Shown in pieces: positions 1-12,570 of a DNA stretch of 64,000 nt. The DNA is from the human T2T-CHM13v2.0 reference genome, Homo sapiens: NCBI RefSeq assembly GCF_009914755.1, contig NC_060929.1; one strand, 5' to 3'. Each line of letters begins with the position of its first letter. The stretch's first letter is position 1. The translations under genes were made by a program, and so were the position numbers. The notes below the pieces were generated by a model. The model was not told the DNA's origin, ran no database searches, and saw only the letters and a list, made by a program, of their open reading frames with translations.

Positions 1-209
1 TTCAAGCGATTCTCCTGCCTCAGCCTCCCGAGTAGCTGGGACTACAGACGCCCATCACCATACCCGGCTAATTATTTTTATTTTTATTTTTAATAGAGAC
101 AGGGTTTCACTGTGTTAGCCAGGATGGTCTCGATCTCCTGACCTCGTGATCCGCCCGCCTTGGCCTCCCAAAGTGCTGGGATTACATGCGTGAGCCACCG
201 TGCCTGGCC
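1..209 (-). mobile_element. Alu SINE (AluSc-like), cut by window edge
   Basis: Antisense Alu: ttcaagcgattctcctgcctcagcctcccgagtagctggg...ttagccaggatggtctcgatctcctgacctcgtgatccgcccgcc...gagccaccgtgcctggcc. Confidence 0.95.
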
Positions 210-879
210 TAGTGTCTTTTTTAAATTAAAATTTATGTCTTTATTAGAGAAAAACAAAAGTAAAAATATTTTGATTCTAAAAATCTAAGCAATTTTATAC
301 AAATATCTGAAGACTTAGAGTTGCTGGGACCATCAGCATTCATAGATAAGTGAACTGAGATTGGATTCTTGTATTTTGCCAGGTTGCGTATGCTCAGATT
401 ATACCACCAAAAGTCCAAAGCACCATGTCTTCTGTCCACTAAGCTTAAAGAACTGAGTTTCTAAACTTAATTATTTATCTCCATTTTGATTAGTCCATAG
501 AAGTGGGTCTTGGTCTAAGGACCATAAAACCTTTACTCATATAACAGTATTAGGTAAGTGAATAGGTCAGTGAGATAGCCCTCCTGCATGCATTGACTCA
601 AGAACTCAGTTTGACAAAAGCTCTGTCACATAAAATACATGGATTCCTAGGTCTTCATTCCATTTAGACAGCAAGAAAGTGATAACATCATGGAAAAGCA
701 GGCACCCGAGATGTCCATGGGCTGGTCCTGGAAGGGGACATAAGACTTTCACTCATATTCCATATGCTAGAACTTTGTCTCAGTGCAATTTCTAACAGCA
801 GAGTTATCTAATAAATCTAGTTGCTATTTGGACAGCTAATCTCCTGCATTAAATTGATGCTAAGGAATATTGGTAGCTG

Positions 880-1250
880 ATCACATTCTGTATATGACCT
901 CTTCTTCTCAAAGGATTCCCTCCATTCTCTTGCTTCAACTATATTCTGACTTATTTCCAGAACATCATTTCTCTGACTTCCTCTAGTAATCAATTTTAAA
1001 TTCTTAAATACTTGTGGCTCAAAATAAAGAGGCATATATTTACCCTAATTGTTCATTGTTACCTTCACTATATAAATACAGTTCTCAATGGGGGTGTCTG
1101 CATTTTCCATGCCAATAAATCCAACAATTTTTATATCTTCTGCATTATTTGACATTTCAGCCACATTTGAGACTTCAGTTTTCCTTGTTGACACACTTTC
1201 ATTAATCAGCTTGACATTCTCTTGGTTTTATGATTTCTCCTCATTTTTCT
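880..1250 (+). mobile_element. Degenerate L2 fragment
   Basis: aaatccaacaatttttatatcttctgcattatttgacatt resembles L2 core; highly diverged. Confidence 0.4.
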
Positions 1251-2013
1251 CTTTCTAAGGAGTGATATCGGACAGGGTAGTGAAGGGAGTCATGTGATGA
1301 ATGGTATTACTAACACTGCTATCAGTTGTTAGACACTTCTATTTCAAACAAAATAAAGTCTAGGAATGGAAATAAAAAACAAAGCAAGGGTTTCCTACTG
1401 GAACCATTTCCATGTAAGTCTACACAAAATCCCCTCAGATAGCCTTGACTTCATTTTTGCAGTACTTGGTCATGCAGACATATTATTTTATGGATACTCA
1501 CAAATGAGTTGGGGAAATTTGAAGGCTTAATCTTTGTACTTTAAAAAGTCTATTCTGCAAACTTTAACCAGACTAGTATGATCTTTGCTGTCCACATTTT
1601 CTCATAATTTCTTTGTCATCTAGAAAGCTTTATTTTTAACTATTGCAAAAATCAAAAAATGTAGGAAAGAAAAATAGAGAAGATCACTAGGAAACAGAAG
1701 AGTAAGATAAAAAGAAGACAAGTTACATTCCTAAATTGATTTTATTTTCATTCCTAATATCCTTAATGCAATTCAGAGTTGCCCACACATGGAATTTAGA
1801 AAAAAAATGAACAAATGTTATAATTAACTGGGAAGCTAGCTGCAAAGGAATAACAACTGTATTCTACCTTGCAGTTTTTTATTCAGTGGATTTGAAAAAA
1901 AGTTCTGATAATAGGTATTTTTAACTAGGTCTGTGGGTGATTTTTTCATGACAATGGGTTGAGGACTTTAAGAACTAGGTTTAAGAAATTATAATTTTAC
2001 CTGTGGAAAAAAG

Positions 2014-2079
2014 ATTATTTGATAGCTCCTCAATTACTTGAAAGCTCAATTATTTGATAGCTCCTCAATTACCTGAAAG
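2014..2079. repeat. Tandem duplication, 35-bp unit (~1.9 copies)
   Basis: attatttgatagctcctcaattacttgaaag at 2014 and attatttgatagctcctcaattacctgaaag at 2049. Confidence 0.85.
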
Positions 2080-2289
2080 TCTGCATCATGGGAAACAACA
2101 GTCTAATTTTGTATATTTACAGGATACTAGAGCAAATCTTGGTAGTAATAGCAAGATAGATTTGAGAATATTATAAAAAAGAGACAGTAACATCAGAGAT
2201 TTAAAGTATTGAAGCTTGTTGCTTAAAAAGTAGAGATGCCTATGAAGTATAATAAGTTCAGATAGACATAAAGAAACACAAAAAAGTAA

Positions 2290-2480
2290 TTATTATACAA
2301 TCAAGGAAGTGTTTACATTTAAAGGGAAGGATGGGGCTGTGATAGGGATGGACCACATGGAACAGGTTTAGACACGTCTAGCATAGTTTTATTTCTTAAC
2401 TTAGGTGGCAGTTACAAGGGTAAACACTTTCTTTTTTCTATATTTTTTAAGTTTTATATTTGTTTTATGTGGTTCTGTGT
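2290..2480 (+). mobile_element. Old L1M (L1MC/L1ME-like) 3' end fragment
   Basis: gttttatttcttaacttaggtggcagttacaaggg is typical of L1M 3'UTR. Confidence 0.45.
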
Positions 2481-2819
2481 ATATTGAAAATGTTTATGTG
2501 AAGACTGAATAGCTGCCTATTGCAAAGATCTACCATAGATAGATCCATTATGTTTTTCTATGGAGACTCTTAACTACAAGATTATAAGCCTCATAATCAA
2601 AATGCATGTTTAAAGCTTTGTAGCTTAGCTGCTTTACTCACATTGTAATACATTTTTAAATAATAATACTGACTAAAAACAAGAATTCCCCAAAGTTGTA
2701 ATTTTTGTTATGCCTTTAACTCTGCTAAAGGTGTGATTTCCTATATTTCTATGTTTTATTCTTCTACATGTTGGCTTTGGTTTATTTGATGACTCTATCC
2801 TACTTTTAAGTCAACAATT

Positions 2820-3510
2820 TCATTTTTTTATTTCAATTTTTTTTTTAGATATAGTGGGTCCTATATCTGAAATATAGGGGGTTCCGCTTTGTTACATGAG
2901 TATATTGCACCCAGATAGTGAGCATACCACCCAATAGATAGTTTTTCAATTCATACCCCCCTTTCTCTCCCCACCCTGGTAGTCCGTAGTGTCTATTGAT
3001 TTTATATGTGCTCAATGTTTAGCTTCCACTTATTAGTAAGATCATGTGGTATTTGGTTTCATGTTCCTCTTTTAATTCACTAAGGGTAAGAGCTTCCAGC
3101 TCCATCCATGTTTGCTGCAAAGAACATAATTGTATTCCTTTTTATGGCTGCATGGTATTCCATGGTGTATATGTACAACATTTTCTGTATCCAATTTGCC
3201 ATTGATGGGCACCTAGGTTTATTCCATGTCTTTGCTATTGTAAACAGCACAGTGATGAACATACATATGCATGTGTCTTTTGGGTATAATAATCTGTTTT
3301 CCTTTGGGTATATACCCAATAATGGGATTGTTGGGTTGAATGATAGCTGTTTTAAGTTATTTGAGAAACATCTAAACTGCTTTCCACAGTGGTGGAACTA
3401 ATTTACATTCTCACCAACAGTATATAGTATTTCTTTTCTCTGTAGCCTCTCCAGCATCTGTTGTTTTGTGACTTTTCAATAATAGTCATTCTGACTGGTG
3501 TGAGACGGTA
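2820..3510 (-). mobile_element. L1 (old L1PA/L1PB) 3' fragment
   Basis: T-rich tail, L1 3'UTR, antisense ORF2 C-terminus (ORF 3080..3319: MFITVLFTIAKTWNKPRCPS...YTMEYHAAIKRN). Confidence 0.92.
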
Positions 3511-3884
3511 CGTCAAATACTTCTTTTCCCAAAGCATCTAGAAATATTTCTTATCCTTTCAATAATTTATGAATAGAAAAAGGAAGATGCAATACTTTAT
3601 TAATAAATAGTAATGCCTATAAGTCATTGAAAGAAATGGTCTCAGTAGAATCATCACTGGAAATATAATGTATCACATGAGTTCAATATCAATGATTAAA
3701 TTTTTTCTATAAGTGTTAGCAATTAGTAGTTTCATTAATAGCCATGGAATCCAGAATATATACTGGTAATTAAATTGTATTTACTCTTAATTCAAAGAAT
3801 GTTATTCAGTGTGTAGAACTAGAAGTTCAATGAAATTATAATTGAACAAACCTTAATGTTGAGAACCTTTTTGGGTAAGAGAGC

Positions 3885-4103
3885 AATTATATATATGAAA
3901 TATAAATTATTTTATATTTTATAATTATATATAATTATTTATATATTACACAAATTATATAGAATTTTATAATTATATATAAAATACATATAATTATATA
4001 TAATATATATAATTATATATAATATAGATATAATTATATGTAATATATAATTATATATAATATAGATACAATTATATATAAAAACTATATAATTATATAT
4101 ATA
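3885..4103. repeat. TA-rich low-complexity/minisatellite tract
   Basis: Reiterated ataattatatataatata(g/t)at units, almost entirely A/T. Confidence 0.9.
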
Positions 4104-4591
4104 TTGGGCTTGAAAACAAATTAAAACACTATGAACAGATACATTTCTTTAAGACTTTCTGTTTTCAATATTGGCATTCCTTGAACCCATTTATTGTCTG
4201 TTATATTGCACATTTGTATACAGAGCCTAATATCAGAAATAAATTGCCTGGAGTTTTGAAATACTTTCCTTGTAGACGTAAAGATTAAATATCTCTCTTA
4301 TGCTTGCAGAGTGGGTATTACATTTTCAGCTGGTTAATCCTTATAATCTGTTGCACAATCTCAATTCCCACAAAAATAAAAAGCTTGTTAAAAGAAGATA
4401 AGAAGTTATCTCCTCACAGAGGGCTAATTCTGAGTCTCTGACAAAAATATCTTACTCTAGTAAAATTCTTATTAAATTAAATTAAATGTAAAATTGTACT
4501 TAATAAATACAAGATGGTTCTAAAGGAATTAGTGCTGAATTGACATCACCACGATGCTAGAGTCAACTTAGTTGGAGGATGCCATTTGTAA

Positions 4592-5018
<427 letters not shown>

Positions 5019-5346
5019 GAGAAGAGGAATCTTAACGGTTAGCCAGCCTGATGATTCTTGTGAATCAGAGGTTTCTAAAATCTTTGGTTTCTAAACAACC
5101 CAAGTATTAGCTTCCCTGGAAGGACAATTATTTATGCTGTTCTCAGAGTATCCATATAATCAAGCCTAGAGTCTGTATTCTCTACCTTTTCCAATATGTG
5201 GGCAAGCACATAATTCCCTACTTTCGTTTCACAATCACTTAATTTACCAGTGTACTTTGAATGACATGCATTAAACACTTACTGATACAACACAGGGAAG
5301 CAAACAAAGATAAACTAGTGATGACATAACATAAATTGCTGAAATG

Positions 5347-5738
5347 TGTATTAGTCTGTTCAGGCTTCCATCACAGAATACTATACACTGGGTGGCTTAA
5401 AAAATATAAATTTATTTTCTCACAGTTGTGAAGGCTGGAAGTCCAAGACCAAGGTAGAAGCAGGGTTGGTTTCTAGAAAGGCTTCTCTTCCTGTCTTACA
5501 GGTGAATGTCTTCACAGTGTGTCCTCACATGGCCTTTCCTTTATACATGCATCAAGAGAGACACATCCCTGCTATATTTTCCTCTTCTTATAGGGACACC
5601 AGTTTTATTGGATTAAGGCTCTACCATGATGACCTTATTTTATAATAAGTAGCTCCTTAAAGGCCCTGTCTCCGAATACTTTGGGGGTTGGAGCTTCCAA
5701 ACTGGAATTGGTGGTAGGAGGAAACCAGTCCATAAACA
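5347..5738 (-). mobile_element. MaLR solo LTR (MLT1A/B-like)
   Basis: tgtattagtctgttcagg...ctgggtggcttaaa...ggctggaagtccaagaccaagg...cagtccataaaca. Confidence 0.85.
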
Positions 5739-6399
5739 GATTGTTTCTGTGTCATATGATATGTTAAATACACATGACATATGTGCACAGAATTAACACA
5801 CAACCTACCCAGTTGCTAAGACCCTGAAATACACAAGGATAGAAACTACTACCACCATTTAATCCTCTCATTCCATTTCCAGTAACAGGCCGTTACATTT
5901 ACCATAAATGACAACAACTATTGCCAGTACTCTTAACCTTGGAGAGAGTTGGCTTTCTCTCTATGGTTAATGACTATATCTCCTATCCAGAAAGGTCCTT
6001 GGTATTTAATGGATGCTCAAAGTATTTGTTTATTAATCAGTTAGTTAATATAGATGACTGTAAATTCTTTGTCTTCAGATGCAAATTATTCTACTTTTAC
6101 ATGATTTGAGAATGTTCCTGCCTTTTCAATTTTAATATTCTGCCAACACTTTAGTAACACCATATCTAAATATAAGCCAATATTTACTTTTATTAGTCAC
6201 CTGTGGGATGGATGTGAAAATTTATTCTCTTTTTCTTCTTATTCATGAGCTCGACAGTCTTCCCAAACAATATCTCACTTATTTTACATTTCATTTTTTC
6301 CAATTGCTTTTGGAGACAAAACAGAATAAAAAATTTTAACAACATTTAATCCATTTGAAAATGGTGTTGGCTGTATCTGGAAAAATATATCTGTAATTG

Positions 6400-6840
6400 A
6401 TAACTTCTAACTACCTCTGTCTGCCTCCCTCAGTCTCTGTGCCATTCTTTATGATTATTGCAGCAACCTCCCAAGAATGGTCACCCTGTCCAGCTTTTAT
6501 TTCCCCTAATTTCTTCTGCCAGAATGATCTTGTTAAAATTCAGCAAAACATCATACGCTTTTGCTAACAAACACTTCCCTTCTTTCTCGCACCAAAGTCC
6601 TAACTGTGCTCTTCAAGTCCTGCTACAATATGGCCTCATTAATGCCCTGACTTCAGACTATTTTACTCCCTATAACAAGTTCTTGCTTTTTCCACCCAGT
6701 CATCATGTTTTTCTTGCTCTTCTGCAAACTTGAAGACACTGCATTTTTTGTTCCCACTACTTACAATATTTCTCATCCAATATCAACCTGATTAGCAACT
6801 TCATTTTCTTCAGGTTTCTTTTCAAAGGCTGTCATCTATA
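6400..6840 (+). mobile_element. L2 fragment
   Basis: gattattgcagcaacctccc...gccagaatgatcttgttaaaa, L2a-like. Confidence 0.55.
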
Positions 6841-7182
6841 AACAGACCTTGCAAATGGATGAGTTGATTACCATAAGAAAAAAATTTTACTTACTTTCTT
6901 TTTATATTTAATATAATTTGAATGCTATTTAAGGTTGTCCAACCATGTCTATGGCCTCAGATGTTCATGTGAGTTTCTAAATATTTTAAATGACAACTTT
7001 AATGTAAACTAGTATTTTTCTGTTTCTGAAAAATGTTATGTTTGCATAATAAAAGTTATGAAAAGAACCAGATACTTGCTTTCTATTTTATCCTCTCAAA
7101 GCAAATTTGTGTTAAACTGAAATACACGTATTTTTTAATTTTTTTGTTGAAGCCTATATTTGTTGCTTTTATAGTATTGCTA

Positions 7183-8530
7183 TTGAAAAATGTCTGTACA
7201 CGTTCTTTGCCCACTTTAAAATAGGGTTATTTCTTTGTTTGTTTTTTCCTTGCGGAGCTTTTTAGTTCTTTGTAGATTCTGGATATTAGCCCTTTGTTGG
7301 ATGTATTTGCAAATATTTTCTCCTGTTCTGTAGGTTGTCTGTTTACTGTGTTGAGTATTTCTTTTGTTGTGTAAAAGCTTTGTAATTTAAATAAGTCCTA
7401 TTTGTTTATTTTTGTTTTTGTTGTGTTTCCTTTGGAGGACTTAATCATAAATTCTTTGGTTAGGCCAATATACAAAAGATATTTTCCTAGGTTTCCTTCT
7501 AGGATTTTTATAGCTTCAGATCTTACATTTAAGTATTTGATCCATCTAGGGTTAATTTTTGTATATGGTAAGAGATAAGGGTTCAGTTTCATTCTTCTGT
7601 GTATGGTGATCCAATTTGCCTGAAATCATTTATTGAATAGGGTGTCCTTTCACCAGTGAATACTTTTGTTGATTTTGTCAAAGATCCGTTGGTTGTAGGT
7701 ATGTGGCTTTACTTCTGGGTTCTCTATTCTGTTCCATTGACACATATCTATTTTCCAAGAAGATATACAAGCAGCCAAAAAGCATATGAAAAAATACGCA
7801 ACATCACTTATCATCAAAGAAATAAAAACTGAAACCACAATGAGATACCACCTCACCCCTGTCAGAATGGCTATTATTAAAAACTCAAAAAACAACAGAT
7901 GTTGGTGAGTATGTGGAGAAAGGGGAACACTTATTCATTGTGGGTGAGAATGTAAATTAGTACATCCTCTAAGGAAAACAGCATGGAGATTTCTCAAAAA
8001 ACTAAAAATGGAACTATCATTCAAACCAGCTATCCTGTACTGGGTATATATAAAAAGGAGAAGAAATCATTACATCCAAAAGATACGCTCGTTATGTTTA
8101 TCACAGCGCTATTCACAATAGCAAAATCATGGAATCAACCTAAGTGTCCAACAACTGATGAATGGATTTAAAAACTTTGATATATATCTCTACCATGGAA
8201 TGCTATGCAGTCAAAAAAGAATGAAATAATGTTCTTTGCAACAACATGGATGCAGCTGGAGCCCATTATCCTAAGAGAAATAACTCAGAAACAGTCAAAT
8301 ACCGTATGTTCTCACTTAAAGTGGGAGCTAAACAATTGGATACACATGGGCATACAGAATGAAATAATAGACAATGGGGACTCCAGAAGGTGGGGCAGGG
8401 GGAGAGATCAAATACTACCTACGGAATACAATGTACACTATTCAGGTGATGGGTACACTAAAGGCAGAGACTTCACCACTAAACACTATATCCATGTGAC
8501 ACTACTGCACTTGTTTCCCCTAAATCTATC
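7183..8530 (+). mobile_element. 5'-inverted, truncated L1 (L1PB/early L1MA): antisense ORF2 7183-~7752, sense ORF2 end plus 3'UTR ~7753-8530
   Basis: Minus ORF 7398..7592 (KLNPYLLPYTKINPRWIKYLNV) and plus ORFs 7983/8205 (MFITALFTIAKSWNQPKCP; TTWMQLEPIIL) are adjacent L1 ORF2 segments in opposite orientation. Confidence 0.92.
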
Positions 8531-8731
8531 AAAAGAACAACAAAAGGAGGGAGGAAGTACCACCAGACCTACTCTACCTTTCCATGTATTTCCCATCATA
8601 GGTGTTATAAAATATGTTAGCATAAAAATAACCTTTTAAAAACAAACAATAAAACTTGTTTGGATGGAATATGTAGAAAAATGTGACTACAGAAATTTAA
8701 AATGCCAATACATCTAACTTACATTCTGATA

Positions 8732-9095
8732 TAGTAGTCCCCCCTTATCCATGATGGATACATTTCAATACCTCCGCCAGATGCCTGGAATGGAGGCTAG
8801 TTCCAACCCTGTATATAATCGTTTTTTGACCTGAGAACTGTGATGACTTTTAAGTGTGTAACAGGGAGGTAGTGTATATGGCATGGGTATGCTGGACAAA
8901 GGGATGATTCATGGCCTTTGGGACACAGAAAGATGGTATGAGATTTTATTGTGAAACTCAGAATGGTATACGATTTAAAGTTTATAAATTGTATATTTCT
9001 AGAGTTTTTTATTTAATATTTTTAGACTACAGTTGACCACAGGAAACTGAAACTGCATTTGAAAAAGAAAAGCCTCAAATGAAGATTGACTACTG
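8732..9095 (-). mobile_element. MER44-like MITE (TcMar-Tigger)
   Basis: TIRs tagtagtccccccttatcc ... gactactg; internal atgctggacaaagggatgattca typical of MER44. Confidence 0.8.
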
Positions 9096-9242
9096 CATTC
9101 AGAAGCACATGGAGAATGAAATCTTTGCCTTGAAGAATGTAAACAATGTTTTCTTGTTATTATAAAGTGCAATGGAATGCGAGTGGACTATGAAGAATCA
9201 GTGATAACTAATATCATTTAAATGTTTGCTATGAGTGAAGCT

Positions 9243-9883
9243 ATTTTATTTTTTTATTTATTTTCATTTTTTATTTGTATAGATTTATGGGGTACATGAG
9301 AAATGTTATTGTGCATATATAATGCATAGTGATTAATTCAGGGTATTTAGGGTTTCCATCACTCAAATATTAATAATTACATTTTTAAGTGTAGTTATCC
9401 TATCACACAATGAGTTTATTTCTTTTACTTTATTGTATGTTTGCACCCTTTAACCCACTTTTTTTTTTTTTTTCAAGACAGAATCTTGCTCTGTCACCCA
9501 GGCTGGAGTGCAATGGCATGATCTTGGCTCACTGCAGTCTCTGCCTCCTGGATTCAAGTGATTCTCCTGCCCCAGCCTCCTGAGTAGCGGGACTACAGGC
9601 CCACACCACCACACCCAGCTAATTTTTGTATTTTTAGTAGAGATGGGGTTTCACCATGTTGGCCAGGATGGTCTCGATCTCCTGACCTTGTGATCTGCCC
9701 TCCTTGGCCTCCCAAAGTGCTGGGATTACAGGCATGTGCCAACCCAATTCTTTTCATCCTCCTCTTCCCCTCACCTACTCCCTCTTCCCAGTTTCTGTTA
9801 ACTACCTTTCACTCTCTACTTCCATGTAATCAAATATTTAGCTCAGACATAGGGAAGAACATGCAACATTTGTCTTTTTGTGA
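9243..9883 (-). mobile_element. L1MA-type 3' end, interrupted by Alu
   Basis: atttatggggtacatgag...cagggtatttaggg...ctctctacttccatg...gaacatgcaacatttgtcttt. Confidence 0.8.
9459..9740 (-). mobile_element. AluS (Sc/Sg-like)
   Basis: Antisense Alu body with poly-T; aaccca on both flanks as possible TSD. Confidence 0.95.
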
Positions 9884-10362
9884 ATTGGAGTATTTCATAT
9901 CATTTGCTTTGGAAATGCTGAATATGTAATACGGTTAAAACTAGTTATACATAATTTAATGTCTTAAATAATTTTAATATTCTTTGTTCATGTTGGAATT
10001 GATTTCTATAAAGGGGATTTTGCTGACTTGTTCTTTATTATTTATGTCAGGAGGTTAGAACAAGAGAAAAATAAAATGGACTAAATTTTGTTTAATAGTA
10101 ACAATTGCACAAATGAAATCAACATAACTAAAAAAAGTAATTTTTTTCACAACAAGGCATATTATGGAAGTAATTCCATAAAGTCTTTGTTGAGAACTGT
10201 TTAATAATTGAATGATTTTTGGAAACCTTATATGTAAATTCACTTATATACATTTTGCATTTCAGATTAGCCAATTAAGGCTTTGAATTTTTCAGTAAAA
10301 TAGCTTATTACATTAATTTAATAATCGTGGCTGAATTATTTTTCATCCCTAACTCATACTCA

Positions 10363-10772
10363 TTTTTTTAGTAAATGTTTTCATAAATTCATTTTTTGTA
10401 TTCCTTAAAAAAACAAAAATCACAAGTTTCATACTAATTTTTAGAAATATTGTATACTAAACAAAACTGCCTCACTCATGCAGCAAGTTGGTCTATGTTC
10501 TCTGTTTGCCAGATGTCCTTCAATAATTTCTGTAAATAGATTCCTCTTCAACAGATTATACATAAAAGATAAAAGGTGATCAGTAACCTTGTGAATATAG
10601 TGTGAACCAGAGCAAAGAGTTCCATTCCTAAATCAAGTCCCATGCCATAATCACAATCATCATTAGCCAACTGCACAAAAGTTATCATTCCCTGAATGGG
10701 AGCAAAAGCTTTTAGTCTCTCTTTATCACTTGCAACCCCAACTATCATCTTGCAAATTCTTTTGAGGTCAAC
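10363..10772 (-). pseudogene. HPF1: Processed, 5'-truncated pseudogene fragment of HPF1 (C4orf27, histone PARylation factor 1): C-terminal ~100 codons plus 3'UTR
   Basis: Minus strand reads [52 protein letters not shown] / [36 protein letters not shown] / ENIDQLAA*, matching the HPF1 C-terminus as I recall it (...[43 protein letters not shown]...NIDQLAA*). Frameshifts at ~10613 (-1) and ~10503 (-8); TGA at 10478-10476; no intron. Confidence 0.93.
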
Positions 10773-12570
10773 CTTTCCCTCATCTAAGGCCCAGGGTTGA
10801 CCAAAGATTTGATAACAGAAAGGGGCTAACTTCTGATGTTTTAATTCAACATAGATGATGTGAATGAAAGTTATTTTATGAAAAATTTAGAAGATGAATT
10901 CAATCTTGATGATGAAAAAGTTTTGATTTGTGATAAAGTTGCTTGACACTAAGAAGTGTTTTCTAATCTTTAGTTTGTCTGTTTTCCACTGGTTTGTTCC
11001 TGGACCAAAATATAAAAACAGATGGAATAAATTGGTAATGCACACTAATGTCTAAAAAGAAATGACTAAGTCGGGAGTTTGGAGGATGCTAATGCGTCTT
11101 TTAAAGTTTGAGGACCATTATACGAAATAAAAAGCACTGAAGAAAAAGAAATAGATTTCCTACCAATAAGAGGAGAAGTTGTGCCCTAGGAGGAGGAATC
11201 TGGGATGAAAATCTCTTCCCATTTAGGAGCCAGGAGTAAAGTTCGACTAAGCACATGAGCCAATCCAACATACTTACTCCAACTGAAAGATTTATAGGTT
11301 AGAAAATATAATTTAGCCAAGATAAATAACTCTTTTGTACGTTTTTCTGGATGCTGCCCATGTGGGATAAGCAAACAGTAATTGTCAGTCATTTTATTGT
11401 CTTTTCTTGTTATTACCAAGAAGCTAATTTCCCTCATCAACCAAGATAAAATTCCCCATTGATGTTTTATCTGGTATTAAAGGTAGCAAAGGAATTTATT
11501 TCTACCTAAAGAGACTGATGGGCATTGGATGATAAGGCCAAGTTTAACGGTCTTTAAGCATAAATTTTATTACTTAATCGGCAAGCTGCTTTATTATATT
11601 CTGAGAACTATGGCTTCTCTTTGCCTCACTTCCTAAAACTTGGGAATGGTCAAGGCAAGCCTACTGCAATGCACAATCACTTTTTCCCTGAGGAGATACA
11701 TAAAGCAGCTACATTTCTTTAAATCTGACCTCTCACCAAGAATCTCACTTCATTTCAACATAGTAGTGTAACCCATTATCAGTGAGATAACAAATAAACA
11801 CACACAAAAAAATTTTTGCTATGTTGTTTAAAATTTGAATGAGACAATAATAGAAAAATTTTGTCTCAGCAAATTAATCCCAGATATTTTTCAAAGGTAA
11901 AATGATATCTCACAATGCAAAGAAAAACTGTATATTAGATATCAAAATCAGGACTGCATAGTCCTAACACAGAAACATTTCAATACTCTTCAGTTACATA
12001 CTAATACTTGGCTATTTCTATAAAAATGACCTGTTTAACTATTAAGATCAGAGTATAGTTGTTGCATTTTGATGGCCACTGCCAATGATATAGCATTATA
12101 TCTGCCTGAACCTGAGTCAAAGACTAATCCAAGAAACTTTCTACCTAAGACTGAAAATTGAACCATCATGAGCAATACATAGATTCAGATAGCTTTCTCT
12201 AAAAAACAGACAGATGGTGAAGTTCATTAAACCCAACCAAAAAATTTCAACATTTGAATTTTCTACTGGTCTGGTAAGATTACGTCTTGCTTTATAAATT
12301 TATCATGTGTTTTCCTATATAAAATAGTCTACCTGAATATATAACTTATAAATAGTATTTTGAAAGAATCCTTTTTTTAATACTCTTCACTTGAAAAATA
12401 ACATTTTATCAAATTTGGATTTTATCTTAGGAAATACTGTAGATCCATGGACTGTATGATAGAAATAGAAAGAAGGCCCAAATAGAAATTACATTAGAAT
12501 AAAGGACTAATGACCTAAGATGTAATGAGCAAGGCTCTTTACAGCAGCACCCAACTTCAGGTAACAATTT

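Noticed and set aside
8205-8639. 144-aa ORF
   Set aside because: Read-through of the L1 ORF2 end and 3'UTR.
10800-11290. Acidic coding-like stretch ([23 protein letters not shown]) next to the HPF1 copy, considered as an inverted 5' HPF1 part or an L3/CR1 relic
   Set aside because: No match to upstream HPF1 sequence as I recall it, multiple stops, and CR1 resemblance too weak to call without an HMM search.
11545-11600. Homeodomain-like sites (ttttattac, tttattat)
   Set aside because: Such motifs are expected frequently by chance in DNA this AT-rich; no other support.
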